A DNA stretch of 64,000 nucleotides, taken from IMG/VR virus record IMGVR_UViG_3300023235_001725; one strand, written 5' to 3'. Both the position numbers and the translations under genes were made by a program. Below are positions 51,075 through 62,694 of this stretch, piece after piece. The notes below the pieces were generated by a model. It was not told the origin of the DNA. It worked only from the letters and a program-made list of their open reading frames with translations, and did not search any database. This stretch comes from a virus (lineage: Duplodnaviria; Caudoviricetes). Each line of letters starts with the position of its first letter. The stretch's first letter is position 1.

Positions 51075-51521
51075 TTAATCGTTCCAATTAAGATTCGCAA
51101 AGAACTCTTTTAACTCTTCAAAGTCTTCTTTACTTGTTACATTCATTAGGCATTCCACAGCGCCTTCCTCTTTTTTGTCCATCCTCATCCCTTTGATGCG
51201 AACATTTAAATACCTCTTTTCCAACCCTCTCTGCCTATGCGAAACCAGGTCAAACTCAAGTTCCCCATGTTTCTCAGAACTTAAACTGTAATAAGTTTCA
51301 TCATAAGGCTTTGATTCAGCGGTGTCTGGAACGCTGTTAAATTGCTCCTCTGTTACTAACGATGGCTGAGACACAGGCTGTTGCTTATCGGCGACAATTG
51401 GTTCTTGAACAACTGGTTCTTGAACAGTTTGTGATTGAATAGTTTGTGATTGAATAGTTTCTCCCAAAGAAGGTAGTTGAACCTGAGGGGGAATTCTTGG
51501 TTTAATTCTGCGAGATGGCAT
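51075..51521 (-). CDS. Hypothetical protein
   Basis: ORF; start moved to MPSRR to remove an overlap. Confidence 0.65.
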   Translation of the reverse strand: MPSRRIKPRIPPQVQLPSLGETIQSQTIQSQTVQEPVVQEPIVADKQQPVSQPSLVTEEQFNSVPDTAESKPYDETYYSLSSEKHGELEFDLVSHRQRGLEKRYLNVRIKGMRMDKKEEGAVECLMNVTSKEDFEELKEFFANLNWND

Positions 51522-51594
51522 ACCTGTACCTTTAATTTTTTGTTTCTTCTTCAAAGGTAGCACGATTATAATCAGAAAACAAATTATAATTATG

Positions 51595-52392
51595 TCAAAT
51601 AGTCCTAGAATCTCTAATGTTTGTAACATGATGTCCAAAGAAATTAACATTCGGGAAAACTTCCCTAACCTTGTCTTCAGTAGTTTTTAACCAATTGGCT
51701 TTGTCCTCATAAAAATGAACTTCGTCATATTGACCTTCTTCTATCTCTTTCAAGATGACAGTGGATTTCCACTCTGGGATTCCGATTTTTCCTGCTCCTG
51801 GAAAACAATGTAAACCTCTGTTTGGATATTCTAAATTAGCCCATCGCAGTGTAATGTCTATTGCTTTTTTTAATTTTTCATCTCGGCCCGTAACAATCAT
51901 CTTGTTTTGAGCGGCATTATAAGCAGAAATGAGTTTTTCGTTTACTTTTGACCCAATAGTTGAATCGTCCTTATGAAAGCCTTTAATTTCTTTTACGGTA
52001 AGATACCCTTGTTTTTCAGTGAAAGCCCCAGGAAAGTCTCTCATTTCACTCCGTCGGACACCGTGGCGTTGAGTAAACTCTTTCGCTGGAGTTGAATCAA
52101 CCACGTCATCTATTTTATCCTGTATAATACCCATCTGGGCGCCAGGAAGAGGGCGTCCGTTTCTAGCGTCAACGACAATAATAAAATCACCTTTCACTTG
52201 AAAAATAACATCCTTACCAAAAATCATATTGAATATATGCTTGGATTTTCGGAGTTGAGACTTATTATCAGCTCCGTCTCCAGAAACTCCAAGGTCTATG
52301 ACCCCTTTTTCGTCTGAGTCCATATACTCTGCGAATGTAGGTGTGTATGTCAGAGTGTCGTCGTAATCAAACACATCTAGTCTTTTGTTCAT
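51595..52392 (-). CDS. HAD-superfamily hydrolase-like protein
   Basis: VFDYDDTL, IVTGR and FYED motifs. Confidence 0.75.
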   Translation of the reverse strand: MNKRLDVFDYDDTLTYTPTFAEYMDSDEKGVIDLGVSGDGADNKSQLRKSKHIFNMIFGKDVIFQVKGDFIIVVDARNGRPLPGAQMGIIQDKIDDVVDSTPAKEFTQRHGVRRSEMRDFPGAFTEKQGYLTVKEIKGFHKDDSTIGSKVNEKLISAYNAAQNKMIVTGRDEKLKKAIDITLRWANLEYPNRGLHCFPGAGKIGIPEWKSTVILKEIEEGQYDEVHFYEDKANWLKTTEDKVREVFPNVNFFGHHVTNIRDSRTI

Positions 52393-52846
52393 GCGTAACT
52401 TTTTTTACTCATCTTCGTACATATATAAGATGAAGCTATTTTTAATAAAATTTAAGAGTATAGACAACGAAAAAGAGGTCTATGATAAGCTTTTTGAGCT
52501 AGCTGACGGCAGGTCTTTTATACCGTTGGACTCTACTACTTTTATATTATTGGCTAATAGAACTAAAAAAACTGTCCTTCATACCTTAAAGTTTGAATTA
52601 GAGCCAGGATTTTTATTAGTTGACATCTCCGAAAATAACATAGAAGATTTCTTTGTCGATAACAGCTTTGACCAAACTCATCTCCATAATTTCATTGAAG
52701 AGTATCATAATGAGCGTGACAAATGTAGTTCAAATTCAAGCAAGACTCTATCTGAGCTTGATATTATTTTAGATAAAATCAGTGCCCATGGAATTGACGA
52801 GCTGACATGGAGAGAGAGAAAGCGCTTAGAAGAATTGTCTAATTAA
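52385..52846 (+). CDS. Hypothetical protein
   Basis: C-terminal LDIILDKISAHGIDELT...RLEELS; true start probably near 52430. Confidence 0.65.
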   Translation: MFMRNFFYSSSYIYKMKLFLIKFKSIDNEKEVYDKLFELADGRSFIPLDSTTFILLANRTKKTVLHTLKFELEPGFLLVDISENNIEDFFVDNSFDQTHLHNFIEEYHNERDKCSSNSSKTLSELDIILDKISAHGIDELTWRERKRLEELSN

Positions 52847-53247
52847 ACCTTTAACTTCATGTCTGGGGTGTGAAAGTTTTTCTTTCGCATGATTGTTTGA
52901 TTAACTAATTCATACTGGCCCTTCCCAGTTTTGTTTAATGCGAATGGGATATTGATATTGGAATTTAAATCAATAATAACCGCTTCTGTTCCTTTTTTAA
53001 AATTTGGAATCTTCTGCCCATATTTTCTATAAGTCTTTGTGAATAAATCTACTAGCTCTTGAGATTCAATCTCTTTACCATTCCTTGGGTCGTTGAGTCT
53101 ATCAACGAAGTGGTGGGTGAACTCTATGTCTACCCCAACATCTCTGAATAAGTCATCAGCATAATCCTCTACTTGGTTTAAGTCTTTCTGAGTCATAAAC
53201 TCCATTAAGTAACCTCTAACCGTGTGTCTCAAATGTTCTAAGTCCAT
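52843..53247 (-). CDS. Hypothetical large-phage protein (FTHHFVDRLNDPRN motif)
   Basis: ORF. Confidence 0.75.
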   Translation of the reverse strand: MDLEHLRHTVRGYLMEFMTQKDLNQVEDYADDLFRDVGVDIEFTHHFVDRLNDPRNGKEIESQELVDLFTKTYRKYGQKIPNFKKGTEAVIIDLNSNINIPFALNKTGKGQYELVNQTIMRKKNFHTPDMKLKV

Positions 53248-53549
53248 TAGTAAAGTGTTTTGTATTTGAGTATCTTTTGCATCGCTACAGCGTCCAGCAC
53301 AAGGCCTTCTCCATTTTGCAGTGTAAGCGTGTATTGTTTGCTGATTGCATCCTCTAAAGTCTCAAAACTTAACCTGGTTCCATCGATGGAAAATCCTCTT
53401 TCTGAATATACCACTGCAAACGGTGATTCTGTTTGAGAATCAAACTGAACAACTGTCTCAGGTTTCCTAGCTTGCTGCTGTGGGACTTGTGGAGGCATTT
53501 GAGAAAGCGCCTCTTTCACCAACTTTAATATATGCGTTGCTTTGTCCAT
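53247..53549 (-). CDS. Hypothetical protein
   Basis: ORF. Confidence 0.7.
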   Translation of the reverse strand: MDKATHILKLVKEALSQMPPQVPQQQARKPETVVQFDSQTESPFAVVYSERGFSIDGTRLSFETLEDAISKQYTLTLQNGEGLVLDAVAMQKILKYKTLY

Positions 53550-53652
53550 TTAATAGCTTTTCAATAAATAGGTAAAGAAAAACGCCTGGCGGTAGAGCTC
53601 AGGCGTCTTCATTAATGAGAAACAAACAATAATTATGGCAACAAATATTGAT

Positions 53653-53979
53653 TTATTCTTTTTCTGGTTTATCAAAATCAGGAACAAACTCTTCTCCTCC
53701 AGTTTGCTGATTACGTGCTGATTTCATGAATTCAGAAAATTGCATGAATTCTTTCTCTTCTTTCCCTTTCTTTCTAGCAAGCTTATTAGAGTATCCAACG
53801 CTTCTTGCTTTTTGTTCAGCAACAGTTCTTTTTTTGCCAGCCTTCTTAGAGTGGTGTTTTTTGTACTTGGCTATGTTTTTCATCTTTTTCATTGCTTCAT
53901 TGTTATGGAATAATATGAGAGCACTTAAATCAAATCCAAAGCATAAACCAAAATTATCCTTAACATACGCAATCTCCAC
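53653..53979 (-). CDS. Basic hypothetical protein
   Basis: ORF; start uncertain. Confidence 0.5.
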   Translation of the reverse strand: MEIAYVKDNFGLCFGFDLSALILFHNNEAMKKMKNIAKYKKHHSKKAGKKRTVAEQKARSVGYSNKLARKKGKEEKEFMQFSEFMKSARNQQTGGEEFVPDFDKPEKE

Positions 53980-54304
53980 CGCATCCTCCGTCTCCTAAAT
54001 CGTTGTTACAGGTGGATGGCGGTGTTGGGTTGTACGGGGTGCCTGTGTTGTTTGTGATGTACGAATTAGGGATGCTAAAGATGTGGGGAAGCTCTAGGCC
54101 CAAATCTTCAAGAAGCTTTACAGATTTTTGAGCAGCTAGAGTTTCTTTTAAAACCCAATCGACTCCTATTCCTTGTTCGTCAGAATAATCTGTGTTGTCT
54201 TGGATTTTGTAGGCAAACTTTGATATTTCAATAACCTTCCATTCTTGAATATCTCCTTCCTCTTCTATCACAAGGTATCTGTGATTTAATTTTAGGTTTT
54301 TCAT
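53960..54304 (-). CDS. Hypothetical protein
   Basis: ORF. Confidence 0.6.
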   Translation of the reverse strand: MKNLKLNHRYLVIEEEGDIQEWKVIEISKFAYKIQDNTDYSDEQGIGVDWVLKETLAAQKSVKLLEDLGLELPHIFSIPNSYITNNTGTPYNPTPPSTCNNDLGDGGCGGDCVC

Positions 54305-54444
54305 GTTTTTTTACTTTTAATTATATTGATATAATATTAATTCTTCTTGCAAATAACATCAAGATGTTATTTGCAGAGCATGGAGAATTTTTTTTAATTA
54401 TAAAAAAAGACCCCCACTAAGGAAGGTCTTTTTATACATCAAAA

Positions 54445-55095
54445 TTATGCTCCACAGCCAAAGCAATCAAAATCGCTTTCTTCTGGTCTAGCAGGTAGGT
54501 CATCGTAATCAGCTGTTGGTTCGTCTAATTGTTCTTCTTGCGCTTTTTTTGTCACAGTAAACTGAATAGCATCTGCAGCAGGCTTTGTCCGTAAGTAATA
54601 CATTCCAGTCTTAAGTCCTTTGTTCCATCCATAGAAGTGCATTGAGGTTAATTTTTGAAAATCTGGTTCGTCAATAAACACATTCATAGACTGACTTTGA
54701 CAAATAAATGCACCTCTATCTGCTGCCATGTCAAGAATATTTTTCTGCTTAATCTCCCAAACAGTTTTGTAAACATCCTGGATATCTTCTGGAATCTCAT
54801 CGATTCCTTGGACAGAGCCTCTGTTAGCGATGATTTTATTTCTAAGATTAAAGTCCCAGATTTTCAATTCGATTAATCTTTCAACCAAGTGAGGGTTCAC
54901 CAATACAAAGTTTCCAGAAAGAACTTTACGCTCGTAAATGTTTGAAGTAAAAGGCTCAAAACATTCGTTGTTTCCTAGGATTTGTGCTGTGTTATGACTT
55001 ACGCATCCGTTCCCCATTATGTAATGCTCCTCTCCTGGTACCGCTAAATCCCATGTAGGCTTTACTTTGCTTGGTGTTATTTTTTTTACTTTCAT
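54445..55095 (-). CDS. nrdA: Ribonucleotide reductase alpha, C-terminal fragment, fused to a 35-aa C-intein
   Basis: [35 protein letters not shown]|[13 protein letters not shown]...CQSQSMN...GLKTGMYY...CFGCGA. Confidence 0.93.
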   Translation of the reverse strand: MKVKKITPSKVKPTWDLAVPGEEHYIMGNGCVSHNTAQILGNNECFEPFTSNIYERKVLSGNFVLVNPHLVERLIELKIWDFNLRNKIIANRGSVQGIDEIPEDIQDVYKTVWEIKQKNILDMAADRGAFICQSQSMNVFIDEPDFQKLTSMHFYGWNKGLKTGMYYLRTKPAADAIQFTVTKKAQEEQLDEPTADYDDLPARPEESDFDCFGCGA

Positions 55096-56360
55096 TTTAT
55101 ATTGTTTTTAAGAAGAAAGTCTTCTACTTTCTCGTTGTTTACCTCTTTAGTTGAGCTGCTCCAAAGCTCTAAATATTTATACCCTTTCTCTAAAGCTAAG
55201 TCCTTCTTTCTCTGGTCTATGTTGTGTATTTCATCTGCAGACATTTTAACTCTATTAATACCTGAGCCTTTTAATCTCCAAGATTCCCAATTTTTCCACT
55301 CCTCCTTACTTAGCCTTTCTGGGTTTGGATGATATCTTTCGCCATGATACTCAATTATGATTTTTCGCTCAGGAATAGAAAAATCATAAAACCTCATGCA
55401 AGCGGAGTATTCGTCGTAAATACCTAACTCCTTACTCTCATCTATACCCACAAGTACTTCGAGTTCGCTTGAAAACTTATCAAACAGCGGTTGAAAAAAC
55501 ACAAGACTCTCTTTAGAAGCTCTTCCGAAATGTACTTGTTTCTTTAAAAAAATCTGCTCCACTTTGTTAATCGATTCTTTCTTTGACAAGCCTTTTGATA
55601 TCCAATAATCCACTGAAGAGGTGTTTAAATTTTCTGTATGAAACTTTTTTCTCATCTCTTCCGCATCCTCCTTGCTATATCCTTTATTAATCCAGTGTTT
55701 AGAAGTGAATACGCTTGTTTCTTTTTTTGCATCAACGTACTTATCCCACATATCTTTACCTTTATCTTCTCCGTGCTGTTGAATATACTTTTCTTTCGTG
55801 TGCTTTGAAGAATCTTGAAACTCTTTAAACAAGCTCAACCCTTTCTTTTCTCCATGTCTTTCTATAAAACCTTTCTCAGACGTTGCTTTGGAAGATTTGA
55901 AATTATCAATCTCAACCAGTGCTTCTTTCTCTGAAAAGCCCTTCTCAACCCAGTACTCCACTTTATAAGGAGTAACCCTGCTGCTGTAGGCATTTTCTTT
56001 TTTAATATTACCTAGCTCTAAACCCCATTTTAAATGGTAAAACTTATCTGAGTTAGAATCTGTCTTATTGGTTAATCTATACTTTACATATTTTTTAAAC
56101 CTTTCTCCATCAAAACTCTCAGACAACTCTTTTATGTTATCCCTTACTTTATGGCCAGGCATTTCTTTGCTTTGAATTACTTCAAAAGCAGAAATAAAGT
56201 GACTCACATCTAAGGACTCATGCATTTTAATTAATGCATACCCTGCCTTGATGTTGTCAAATATTAATTTGTCCATTTCAATGTTTGAGTTTCTTCTGAA
56301 AAAATCAGATACCCCCTTTAAAGTTCTTATCTCTGTATTATTAATTTTAAACCTATCCAT
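55092..56360 (-). CDS. Vsr/DUF559-like (PD-(D/E)xK) putative homing endonuclease inside the fractured nrdA
   Basis: C-terminal FYDF...[11 protein letters not shown]; internal YW(V/I)xKGxSxxEA repeats. Confidence 0.78.
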   Translation of the reverse strand: MDRFKINNTEIRTLKGVSDFFRRNSNIEMDKLIFDNIKAGYALIKMHESLDVSHFISAFEVIQSKEMPGHKVRDNIKELSESFDGERFKKYVKYRLTNKTDSNSDKFYHLKWGLELGNIKKENAYSSRVTPYKVEYWVEKGFSEKEALVEIDNFKSSKATSEKGFIERHGEKKGLSLFKEFQDSSKHTKEKYIQQHGEDKGKDMWDKYVDAKKETSVFTSKHWINKGYSKEDAEEMRKKFHTENLNTSSVDYWISKGLSKKESINKVEQIFLKKQVHFGRASKESLVFFQPLFDKFSSELEVLVGIDESKELGIYDEYSACMRFYDFSIPERKIIIEYHGERYHPNPERLSKEEWKNWESWRLKGSGINRVKMSADEIHNIDQRKKDLALEKGYKYLELWSSSTKEVNNEKVEDFLLKNNIK

Positions 56361-56417
56361 TCTGTGCTATTTATTAATAAATAGCACAGAACTTTAGGCT
56401 GTCATGCCAGACGCAAC

Positions 56418-58634
56418 TTAGTTTTCAATTAGTTCTTCACATTTAATAGTTAGAATATCATCGTCTTCTTTTAACTCATTTACATAAACCCACTCATCTC
56501 CTGTAGTTCGACTCACAAGAAATCTATGATTTCCCGTAGCCTCCATTGTAGACCCATCTTCCATTTCTATATGGTAGACCTGCTTATGCCCATTGTAGTA
56601 CATCTTATCAGTTTCAACCTCTCCATTCATCGTGTCAACAATAACTGACTCTTTAAGAGTAATCCAATGTGGAGCATCAACCGACTCAATAGTTTTCCAA
56701 TCAATTCCACTTTGTTCTAAAATAGATTTGAAATTATTCACTTTTCCTTGGCTAAAGAACTCAGTGTCAATTACTTGACAACTTGCTGTAGGCATTGGAG
56801 CCAACAGCAGAGAGTTTCTAGCTCCAAACTCTTTCACTTTGTCCTTTAGACCATTCCAGTCCAAATTTAGATTCGGTGAGAGCTGAGACTCTTCCCAGTA
56901 ATCAAACTGGAAAATGCCTTTGCTTAGGTCTGAGCCTGGGAACGTTTCATATGCTCCATCTTTCATAGCTTCCTCCATAGAGGCCTCCATAGAAGCGAAG
57001 TAAATCATTTCGAAGATTTCCCTATTAAGTTGCTTTGCTACCTCCGAATCGAATGCCACGTGCATCTTAGCGAACACATCGGCTAAACCTTGAACACCAA
57101 TGCCAATTGGTCTGTGACGTAGGTTTGATTTCTTAGCCTCCACAACTGGGTAGAAATTTCGGTCGATAACCTTGTTAAGGTTTTTTGTGACCACCTTTGT
57201 AACCTCATATAGCTTATCAAAATCAAACTCGTACACTTTCTTGCTTGGGGTCTTAGCTGTGTTTGTTTGCTTCAAATACATTGGCAACGCAATAGATGCA
57301 AGATTACAAACAGCTACTTCATCTGGAGAAGTGTACTCCATAATTTCTGTACAGAGATTAGAGGACTTGATTGTTCCCAAGTGCTTTTGATTAGATTTAT
57401 GGTTAGCGGCATCCTTGTAAAGCATGTATGGAGTTCCTGTTTCAATTTGAGATTCAAGAATCTTGAACCAAATGTCTTGAGCAGGGATTGTCTCACGCCC
57501 TTTGCCTTGCCTCTCATATTTGGTGTACAACTTCTCAAAGTCATCTCCATAGCAGTCTGAAAGCCCAGGGCACTCGTTAGGGTCCATTAAAGTCCAGCTT
57601 GCGCCTTCATCAACTCGTTTCATAAACAAGTCTGGAATCCACATCGCGTAAAACAAATCTCTCGCACGCATCTCTTCTTTTCCTGTGTTCTTTTTCAAAT
57701 TAAGAAACTCGCGTATGTCTGCATGCCAAGGCTCTAAGTAGATTGCAAAAGAACCTTTTCGTTTTCCTCCACCCTGGTCAACATAACGAGCTGTGTCGTT
57801 AAAGTTTCTAAGCATTGGAACAATTCCATTAGAGGTTCCGTTGGTTCCTTTAATATAAGAGCCTTTGGCTCTTATGTTGTGAATGCTCAACCCTATCCCT
57901 CCAGCTGATTGTGAAATCAATGCACACTGCTTTAAAGTGTCATATATTCCATCAATAGAATCATCTTTCATCGTTAACAGGAAACAGGAAGACATTTGCG
58001 GTTTTGGAGTCCCTGCATTAAACAATGTAGGTGTTGCATGAGTAAAATACTTCATGGATAATAAATCATAAGTCTCTATAGCTTTGTCAATATCATCCAT
58101 GTGAATACCTACTGCAACGCGCATAAAAAGATGTTGAGGCCTTTCTGCTGGTGTTCCATGAGTCTTAAGAAGATACGAGCGTTTCATTGTCATGAATCCA
58201 AAATAGTCAAGCTGAAAATCTCGGTCTTGAATGATTGCCCCATTAAGTCTTGCACTGTTTTTTTTCACCACCGCATAGGCTTCCTCGCTAATAAGCGGTG
58301 CTGGTGCTTTTGTGATTGGGTCGACATACTCGTAGAGGTCTTTTATTGTCTGAGAAAACAATTTCTTTGTTTCCTTGTGAAGTGAAGTAATGGCTATTCT
58401 GGCTGCCAACTTTGAGTAATCTGGATGTGTTGTAACAAGAACGGCTGCCTTCTGAGCTGCTAATTCATCTAATTGCGTTGTTGATACACCGTCGAATATT
58501 CCTTGAATAACTTTTTGGGCTACTTCTGAATAATTAACTGCCTCCGATAAATCATAGCATTGCTTTTTAATTCTAGCAGCTATCTTATCAAACCTAACTT
58601 CTTCCTTAGAGCCGTTGCGTTTAGTAACTTGCAT
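56418..58634 (-). CDS. nrdA: Ribonucleotide reductase alpha (class Ia), N-terminal fragment with ATP cone, fused to a 120-aa N-intein
   Basis: VTKRNG cone, [35 protein letters not shown]|CQV...ATGNHRFL...LKEDD. Confidence 0.95.
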   Translation of the reverse strand: MQVTKRNGSKEEVRFDKIAARIKKQCYDLSEAVNYSEVAQKVIQGIFDGVSTTQLDELAAQKAAVLVTTHPDYSKLAARIAITSLHKETKKLFSQTIKDLYEYVDPITKAPAPLISEEAYAVVKKNSARLNGAIIQDRDFQLDYFGFMTMKRSYLLKTHGTPAERPQHLFMRVAVGIHMDDIDKAIETYDLLSMKYFTHATPTLFNAGTPKPQMSSCFLLTMKDDSIDGIYDTLKQCALISQSAGGIGLSIHNIRAKGSYIKGTNGTSNGIVPMLRNFNDTARYVDQGGGKRKGSFAIYLEPWHADIREFLNLKKNTGKEEMRARDLFYAMWIPDLFMKRVDEGASWTLMDPNECPGLSDCYGDDFEKLYTKYERQGKGRETIPAQDIWFKILESQIETGTPYMLYKDAANHKSNQKHLGTIKSSNLCTEIMEYTSPDEVAVCNLASIALPMYLKQTNTAKTPSKKVYEFDFDKLYEVTKVVTKNLNKVIDRNFYPVVEAKKSNLRHRPIGIGVQGLADVFAKMHVAFDSEVAKQLNREIFEMIYFASMEASMEEAMKDGAYETFPGSDLSKGIFQFDYWEESQLSPNLNLDWNGLKDKVKEFGARNSLLLAPMPTASCQVIDTEFFSQGKVNNFKSILEQSGIDWKTIESVDAPHWITLKESVIVDTMNGEVETDKMYYNGHKQVYHIEMEDGSTMEATGNHRFLVSRTTGDEWVYVNELKEDDDILTIKCEELIEN

Positions 58635-58718
58635 GTTTTGATTGTTATGTTGTAAAAAAAAAGAATAAGAGCCCCTATCCGATACTGCCCATATCGGTTA
58701 AGTATAGGGGCTTTTACT

Positions 58719-59708
58719 TTAAAAATCTGCGTCTTTGCTGAATGTCCTGGAGGATTTCCCACTGGCAACTCCAGGCTTTGCGTATTCACCGACTCGCCCT
58801 TCGAAGAAATTTGTTTTTGTGTCCACAGAAATCTTTTCCATGAAGTCAAACGGATTGATTGCATTATATTGTTTTGGACAGTTGAACTCGACAAGTAATC
58901 GGTCTGCCACAAACTCAATATAACTTTGCATCTGAAGAGCATTCATCCCTAAAAGACTCACTGGTAATGCATCTGTCACGAATTCTTTCTCTATATTGAC
59001 AGCATCTTTAATGATTTCAATGATTTCATCTTTAGAAATCTTGTTCACTAAGTGTTTGTTGAAAATGTGTACAGCAAAATCACAGTGCAATCCTTCATCT
59101 CTGGAAATTAGCTCGTTTGAAAAAGCTAACCCTGGCATTAATCCTCGGTCTTTTAACCAAAAAATAGAGCAAAAGCTTCCTGAAAAGAAAATGCCCTCGA
59201 CTGCTGCAAACGCAACTAATCTTTGAGCAAATGTCCCTTCATCAATCCATTTTAAAGCCCATTCAGCTTTCTTGCGAACACAGTCAAGAGTTTCTATCGC
59301 TCTAAAGAGCTTGTCTTTCTCGTTGCCGTCTTTAACGTAGGTATCGATTAATAGGGAATATGTTTCCGAGTGTACGTTCTCCATTGCTATTTGGAATCCG
59401 TAGAAGAACTTAGCCTCTGGATATTGAACCTCTGAAAGGAAGTTCTCTGCCAAATTCTCGTTTACAATTCCATCACTAGCTGCAAAAAAAGCAAGAACAT
59501 GCTTAATGAAATGACGCTCATTATCGTTTAATTTATCATTCCAATCTACAAGGTCGGCCTCTAAATCAATTTCTTCAGCCGTCCATATACACGCCTGTTG
59601 TTGTTTATAGTGTTGCCAAATATCATTGTGTTGAATCGGAAAAATCACAAAGCGGTTTGGATTTTCTTGTAAAATAGGCTCTATCCTATCAAGCGTCTTT
59701 TCACTCAT
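58719..59708 (-). CDS. nrdB: Ribonucleotide reductase beta subunit
   Basis: [44 protein letters not shown] and TNFFE motifs. Confidence 0.96.
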   Translation of the reverse strand: MSEKTLDRIEPILQENPNRFVIFPIQHNDIWQHYKQQQACIWTAEEIDLEADLVDWNDKLNDNERHFIKHVLAFFAASDGIVNENLAENFLSEVQYPEAKFFYGFQIAMENVHSETYSLLIDTYVKDGNEKDKLFRAIETLDCVRKKAEWALKWIDEGTFAQRLVAFAAVEGIFFSGSFCSIFWLKDRGLMPGLAFSNELISRDEGLHCDFAVHIFNKHLVNKISKDEIIEIIKDAVNIEKEFVTDALPVSLLGMNALQMQSYIEFVADRLLVEFNCPKQYNAINPFDFMEKISVDTKTNFFEGRVGEYAKPGVASGKSSRTFSKDADF

Positions 59709-59876
59709 AGTAATTAAATTTTAGTCTTTAAGAATTATTAATACTCAATCCGAAAACCAGTTGAGTTTTTGGGGGGCCTTTCTAAATATGGCTTCTTTTT
59801 ACTAAGTCGGGCTTAGTTTTTTCACATCGTCATTTAGCCCTTATAAACGACAATAAAAGCAGCTAAATAAGTTTTT

Positions 59877-62012
59877 TTATTCCTCACCAAAGGAATCATA
59901 GTCTTCAAAATCTTCTGGGTCCCAGTCGTTCGTGTCCAAACCGAGCTCGCCTTCTAGTTGTTGACTTTCTTTTTCGTTTCTCGCGGTCGATTCTGAGTCA
60001 CTTCTCTCTTCTTCTTGCTGTTGAAAAGCTGACCAATCATTCTCAGAAACTTTCGTCTCAGGGTTTGACATAGACTCGTGGTGAACATACTCTTTATCGA
60101 ACGGAGTGTAAATTTCCTTTGCATCAACACTTGAGTCCTCATAACTGTGGTCTAGCTTTTCTTCATGATACCTAGCTGTTTCAATATTGTAAATCAAATT
60201 TGCCGTACCTGGGCGACCAATGAGTTTCTGCTTCTTAATTTTTTGAGACACAAACTGTACAAGCCCAGGATGTCGGAACGTGTCGAAGTGTGCTTCATTT
60301 CCTTGGGTGCGTCTAGCTCTCAGTCTTGAGAGGTAATATGGCTGATACGTTGCAAGCAAGTTATCTACTTTATTGCTCCACATTGCTCCACCAGCCAAGT
60401 TGTACTGGTCAGGAAGCTGATGGTTTCCTGCGTTCATCAAATCGTCGGTCTGATTGCGGTCAGTAACTTTCTCAATGTTTCCTTTAGGGTGACAAACGAT
60501 AATTTTGTATATGTTGTGGTCCAGAGCGAATCTTTTTTCCTTGCTCAGGTACACTCCGATATATTGGTCGTCTCTACCTCCTGCTGATGCCCAGTCATTA
60601 TCCAACTGGTTAAATGGGTCAGTCATGCACCCCTTGATGTCATGCTTGATAATTAGTTCTTCAAACCTGTCATTAATGTATCGTGGAGTCGGAGTGTCGT
60701 CCTTTGGGTACACAAAGTAAAAGTGCTCCATCATAAAATCAATTCCACGGTTGTACTCCGCAAGTGTCATTTGATTAGGGTGATAATGCTCTGTGGACTG
60801 CCCTACATACATATGTATTAAGTCTTTATAGAAGTCAATAGGAGGGTTTTGCTCTGGTGAGAAAATGCCCCATTTTGTTCCTTCTTTAAAGCTTTTAATA
60901 AGCATTAGTTGGAGCATTAGTGTGGTTTTACCGTGATTAGGTATTCCGTGCATAATGTTCACCTCTCCTAGCTTCCACCTCCAGTGTGGGTCAATAGAAT
61001 TAAAGTAAGTGGTCTCTCCTTTCGCATCTCCTTTGATGTAGGACTGAACCATCGCCTCCCTGATATCTTTCAAGTATATTACGTCACGCGCTGGCGATTC
61101 TGGGTCAAAGTCGCTCATCTCACCTTCTTGGGTGAAAAAAGAGTTTTCGTGCTGATTAGCATACGTAATATAAACCCTCTTTACAATCTCTCTAAAGTCT
61201 CTTGAGTCAACAGAAGATGCCCTGGGTTGGTAATCCTCGATTAGGTTTTCGATGACAAAATCCATCTTTAACCCAAATCTATTACAGGCTGAAGCTATGT
61301 AAACTAAAAATTTATGCTTGTTTCCGTCTCCATAATCATTTGTCCTGTCTGCCCACGCTTTTACTCGACGATAAACTTCACGTCGGTCTGAAAGTTTTGT
61401 TCCGTCTTTAGAGAACTCAGTGACCACTGGTTTCTCTTTAATCATGATATCAAACACCTTACTATCTGGATTCACAAATAGATTTGGGTCATAGCTCTCA
61501 TAGCATAACCTCGAAATATCTTTCAAATCATCCCAACCTTCAAAGTCGTCCATCTTAAAGTACATTCGAAGTGCTTCGAAATACTTACTATAGTCGCTTA
61601 TTACTGCTGGGATTTTTATCAGCACTTTGATACCATCTCCACTTGGAGAGCGGAAATAGGCGTATGTATACGAATCCTTCTCTAATGCCCCTGTCCACTT
61701 CTCGTAGTGTTCTATGTGGTCAAAATCAAGGCAAATTAATCCTGCAGATTCCTGGATTGCATCGTTCGCTCTCCATTTAAACTTTCCCGAAAAAGAGTAC
61801 GCTGGCAGATTCTTTTTAAGAGTGCTTCGCTGCTCTTTAAATTCCTCAGTGATTGGAAGCGCTCTTAGACCTTCAATCCACTCTTTTGAATGACCAGACT
61901 TTATTCTCTCCAATGCTTTCGTTACATCAATGTGATGTGGGTTTTTCGAGTCGAAAGTGTTTTTGTAAATTGTTATAGTTCTTGTCCCTACTTCATGATT
62001 CTTCTTGTCCAT
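59877..62012 (-). CDS. Primase-helicase (VirE-N/BT4734-like domain, PriCT, Twinkle/DnaB-like SF4 helicase)
   Basis: FRSPSGDGIK, DISRLCYESYDP, HGIPNHGKTT, TDPFNQL, HP and GGAMWSNKVDN; start moved to MDKKN. Confidence 0.82.
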   Translation of the reverse strand: MDKKNHEVGTRTITIYKNTFDSKNPHHIDVTKALERIKSGHSKEWIEGLRALPITEEFKEQRSTLKKNLPAYSFSGKFKWRANDAIQESAGLICLDFDHIEHYEKWTGALEKDSYTYAYFRSPSGDGIKVLIKIPAVISDYSKYFEALRMYFKMDDFEGWDDLKDISRLCYESYDPNLFVNPDSKVFDIMIKEKPVVTEFSKDGTKLSDRREVYRRVKAWADRTNDYGDGNKHKFLVYIASACNRFGLKMDFVIENLIEDYQPRASSVDSRDFREIVKRVYITYANQHENSFFTQEGEMSDFDPESPARDVIYLKDIREAMVQSYIKGDAKGETTYFNSIDPHWRWKLGEVNIMHGIPNHGKTTLMLQLMLIKSFKEGTKWGIFSPEQNPPIDFYKDLIHMYVGQSTEHYHPNQMTLAEYNRGIDFMMEHFYFVYPKDDTPTPRYINDRFEELIIKHDIKGCMTDPFNQLDNDWASAGGRDDQYIGVYLSKEKRFALDHNIYKIIVCHPKGNIEKVTDRNQTDDLMNAGNHQLPDQYNLAGGAMWSNKVDNLLATYQPYYLSRLRARRTQGNEAHFDTFRHPGLVQFVSQKIKKQKLIGRPGTANLIYNIETARYHEEKLDHSYEDSSVDAKEIYTPFDKEYVHHESMSNPETKVSENDWSAFQQQEEERSDSESTARNEKESQQLEGELGLDTNDWDPEDFEDYDSFGEE

Positions 62013-62694
62013 CTGTATCTTTTCGTTGCGTTGCTGTTCCATAATAGTTCCCGATTGTCCATTTTCGAGAACTGTGCCCATTTTGAAGCCTGTGATTTGG
62101 GTTCTGATTTAGATACTCTATAAACTTATCACCGTAAAGTGTGCGCGGTCGAATGAAGTTTGTCATCTTATCGTTGTCTTGCCACTCTAGCGTCTTTATT
62201 TCGTTTACTATTTTAAAGTCTTTTACTGTTTTCCCGTCTTTCAGCCATCTCTCTACAAACTCAAATGTCTCCAAACTGTCTGTGGGGAAGCTTCTTTTTG
62301 CAAACAAATTTAAGTGCTCTACAATTTCTTTCACCACTGGATAAGTTGGTGATTTAAGAAAGTCTGCAGACTTTATTTTGCTATTCTTGTGCTCTTGGAG
62401 CATGCGCTTGCTGAAGTAGGCTCCTGTTGATGAATCTTGAAGCAATACGCCTTTGTCAAAGAGCTCTCCAAATGCGTTGTTGAATACGTTTTCATTTGTT
62501 ACCCTCAACATTTTCTGTATATCAAACCTTGACATCACTTTGTTTCGAAAAACCATGTAACCATATGGGTCTCCTCTATGCATATGACATAGAAGGTCAA
62601 TCCACATCCCTTTCGCCGTTAAAGAGCAATGCTTTAACTTAGCATCATCCAACCAGTCTTCTGGGTAAAATGTAAATCCTTGTCTGTCTATCAT
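61993..62694 (-). CDS. Phage replication-initiator-like protein
   Basis: N-terminal FYPEDWL...KGMWIDLLCHM; C-terminal FIRPRTLYGDKFIEYLNQ (phage C-terminal domain). Confidence 0.7.
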   Translation of the reverse strand: MIDRQGFTFYPEDWLDDAKLKHCSLTAKGMWIDLLCHMHRGDPYGYMVFRNKVMSRFDIQKMLRVTNENVFNNAFGELFDKGVLLQDSSTGAYFSKRMLQEHKNSKIKSADFLKSPTYPVVKEIVEHLNLFAKRSFPTDSLETFEFVERWLKDGKTVKDFKIVNEIKTLEWQDNDKMTNFIRPRTLYGDKFIEYLNQNPNHRLQNGHSSRKWTIGNYYGTATQRKDTDGQEES

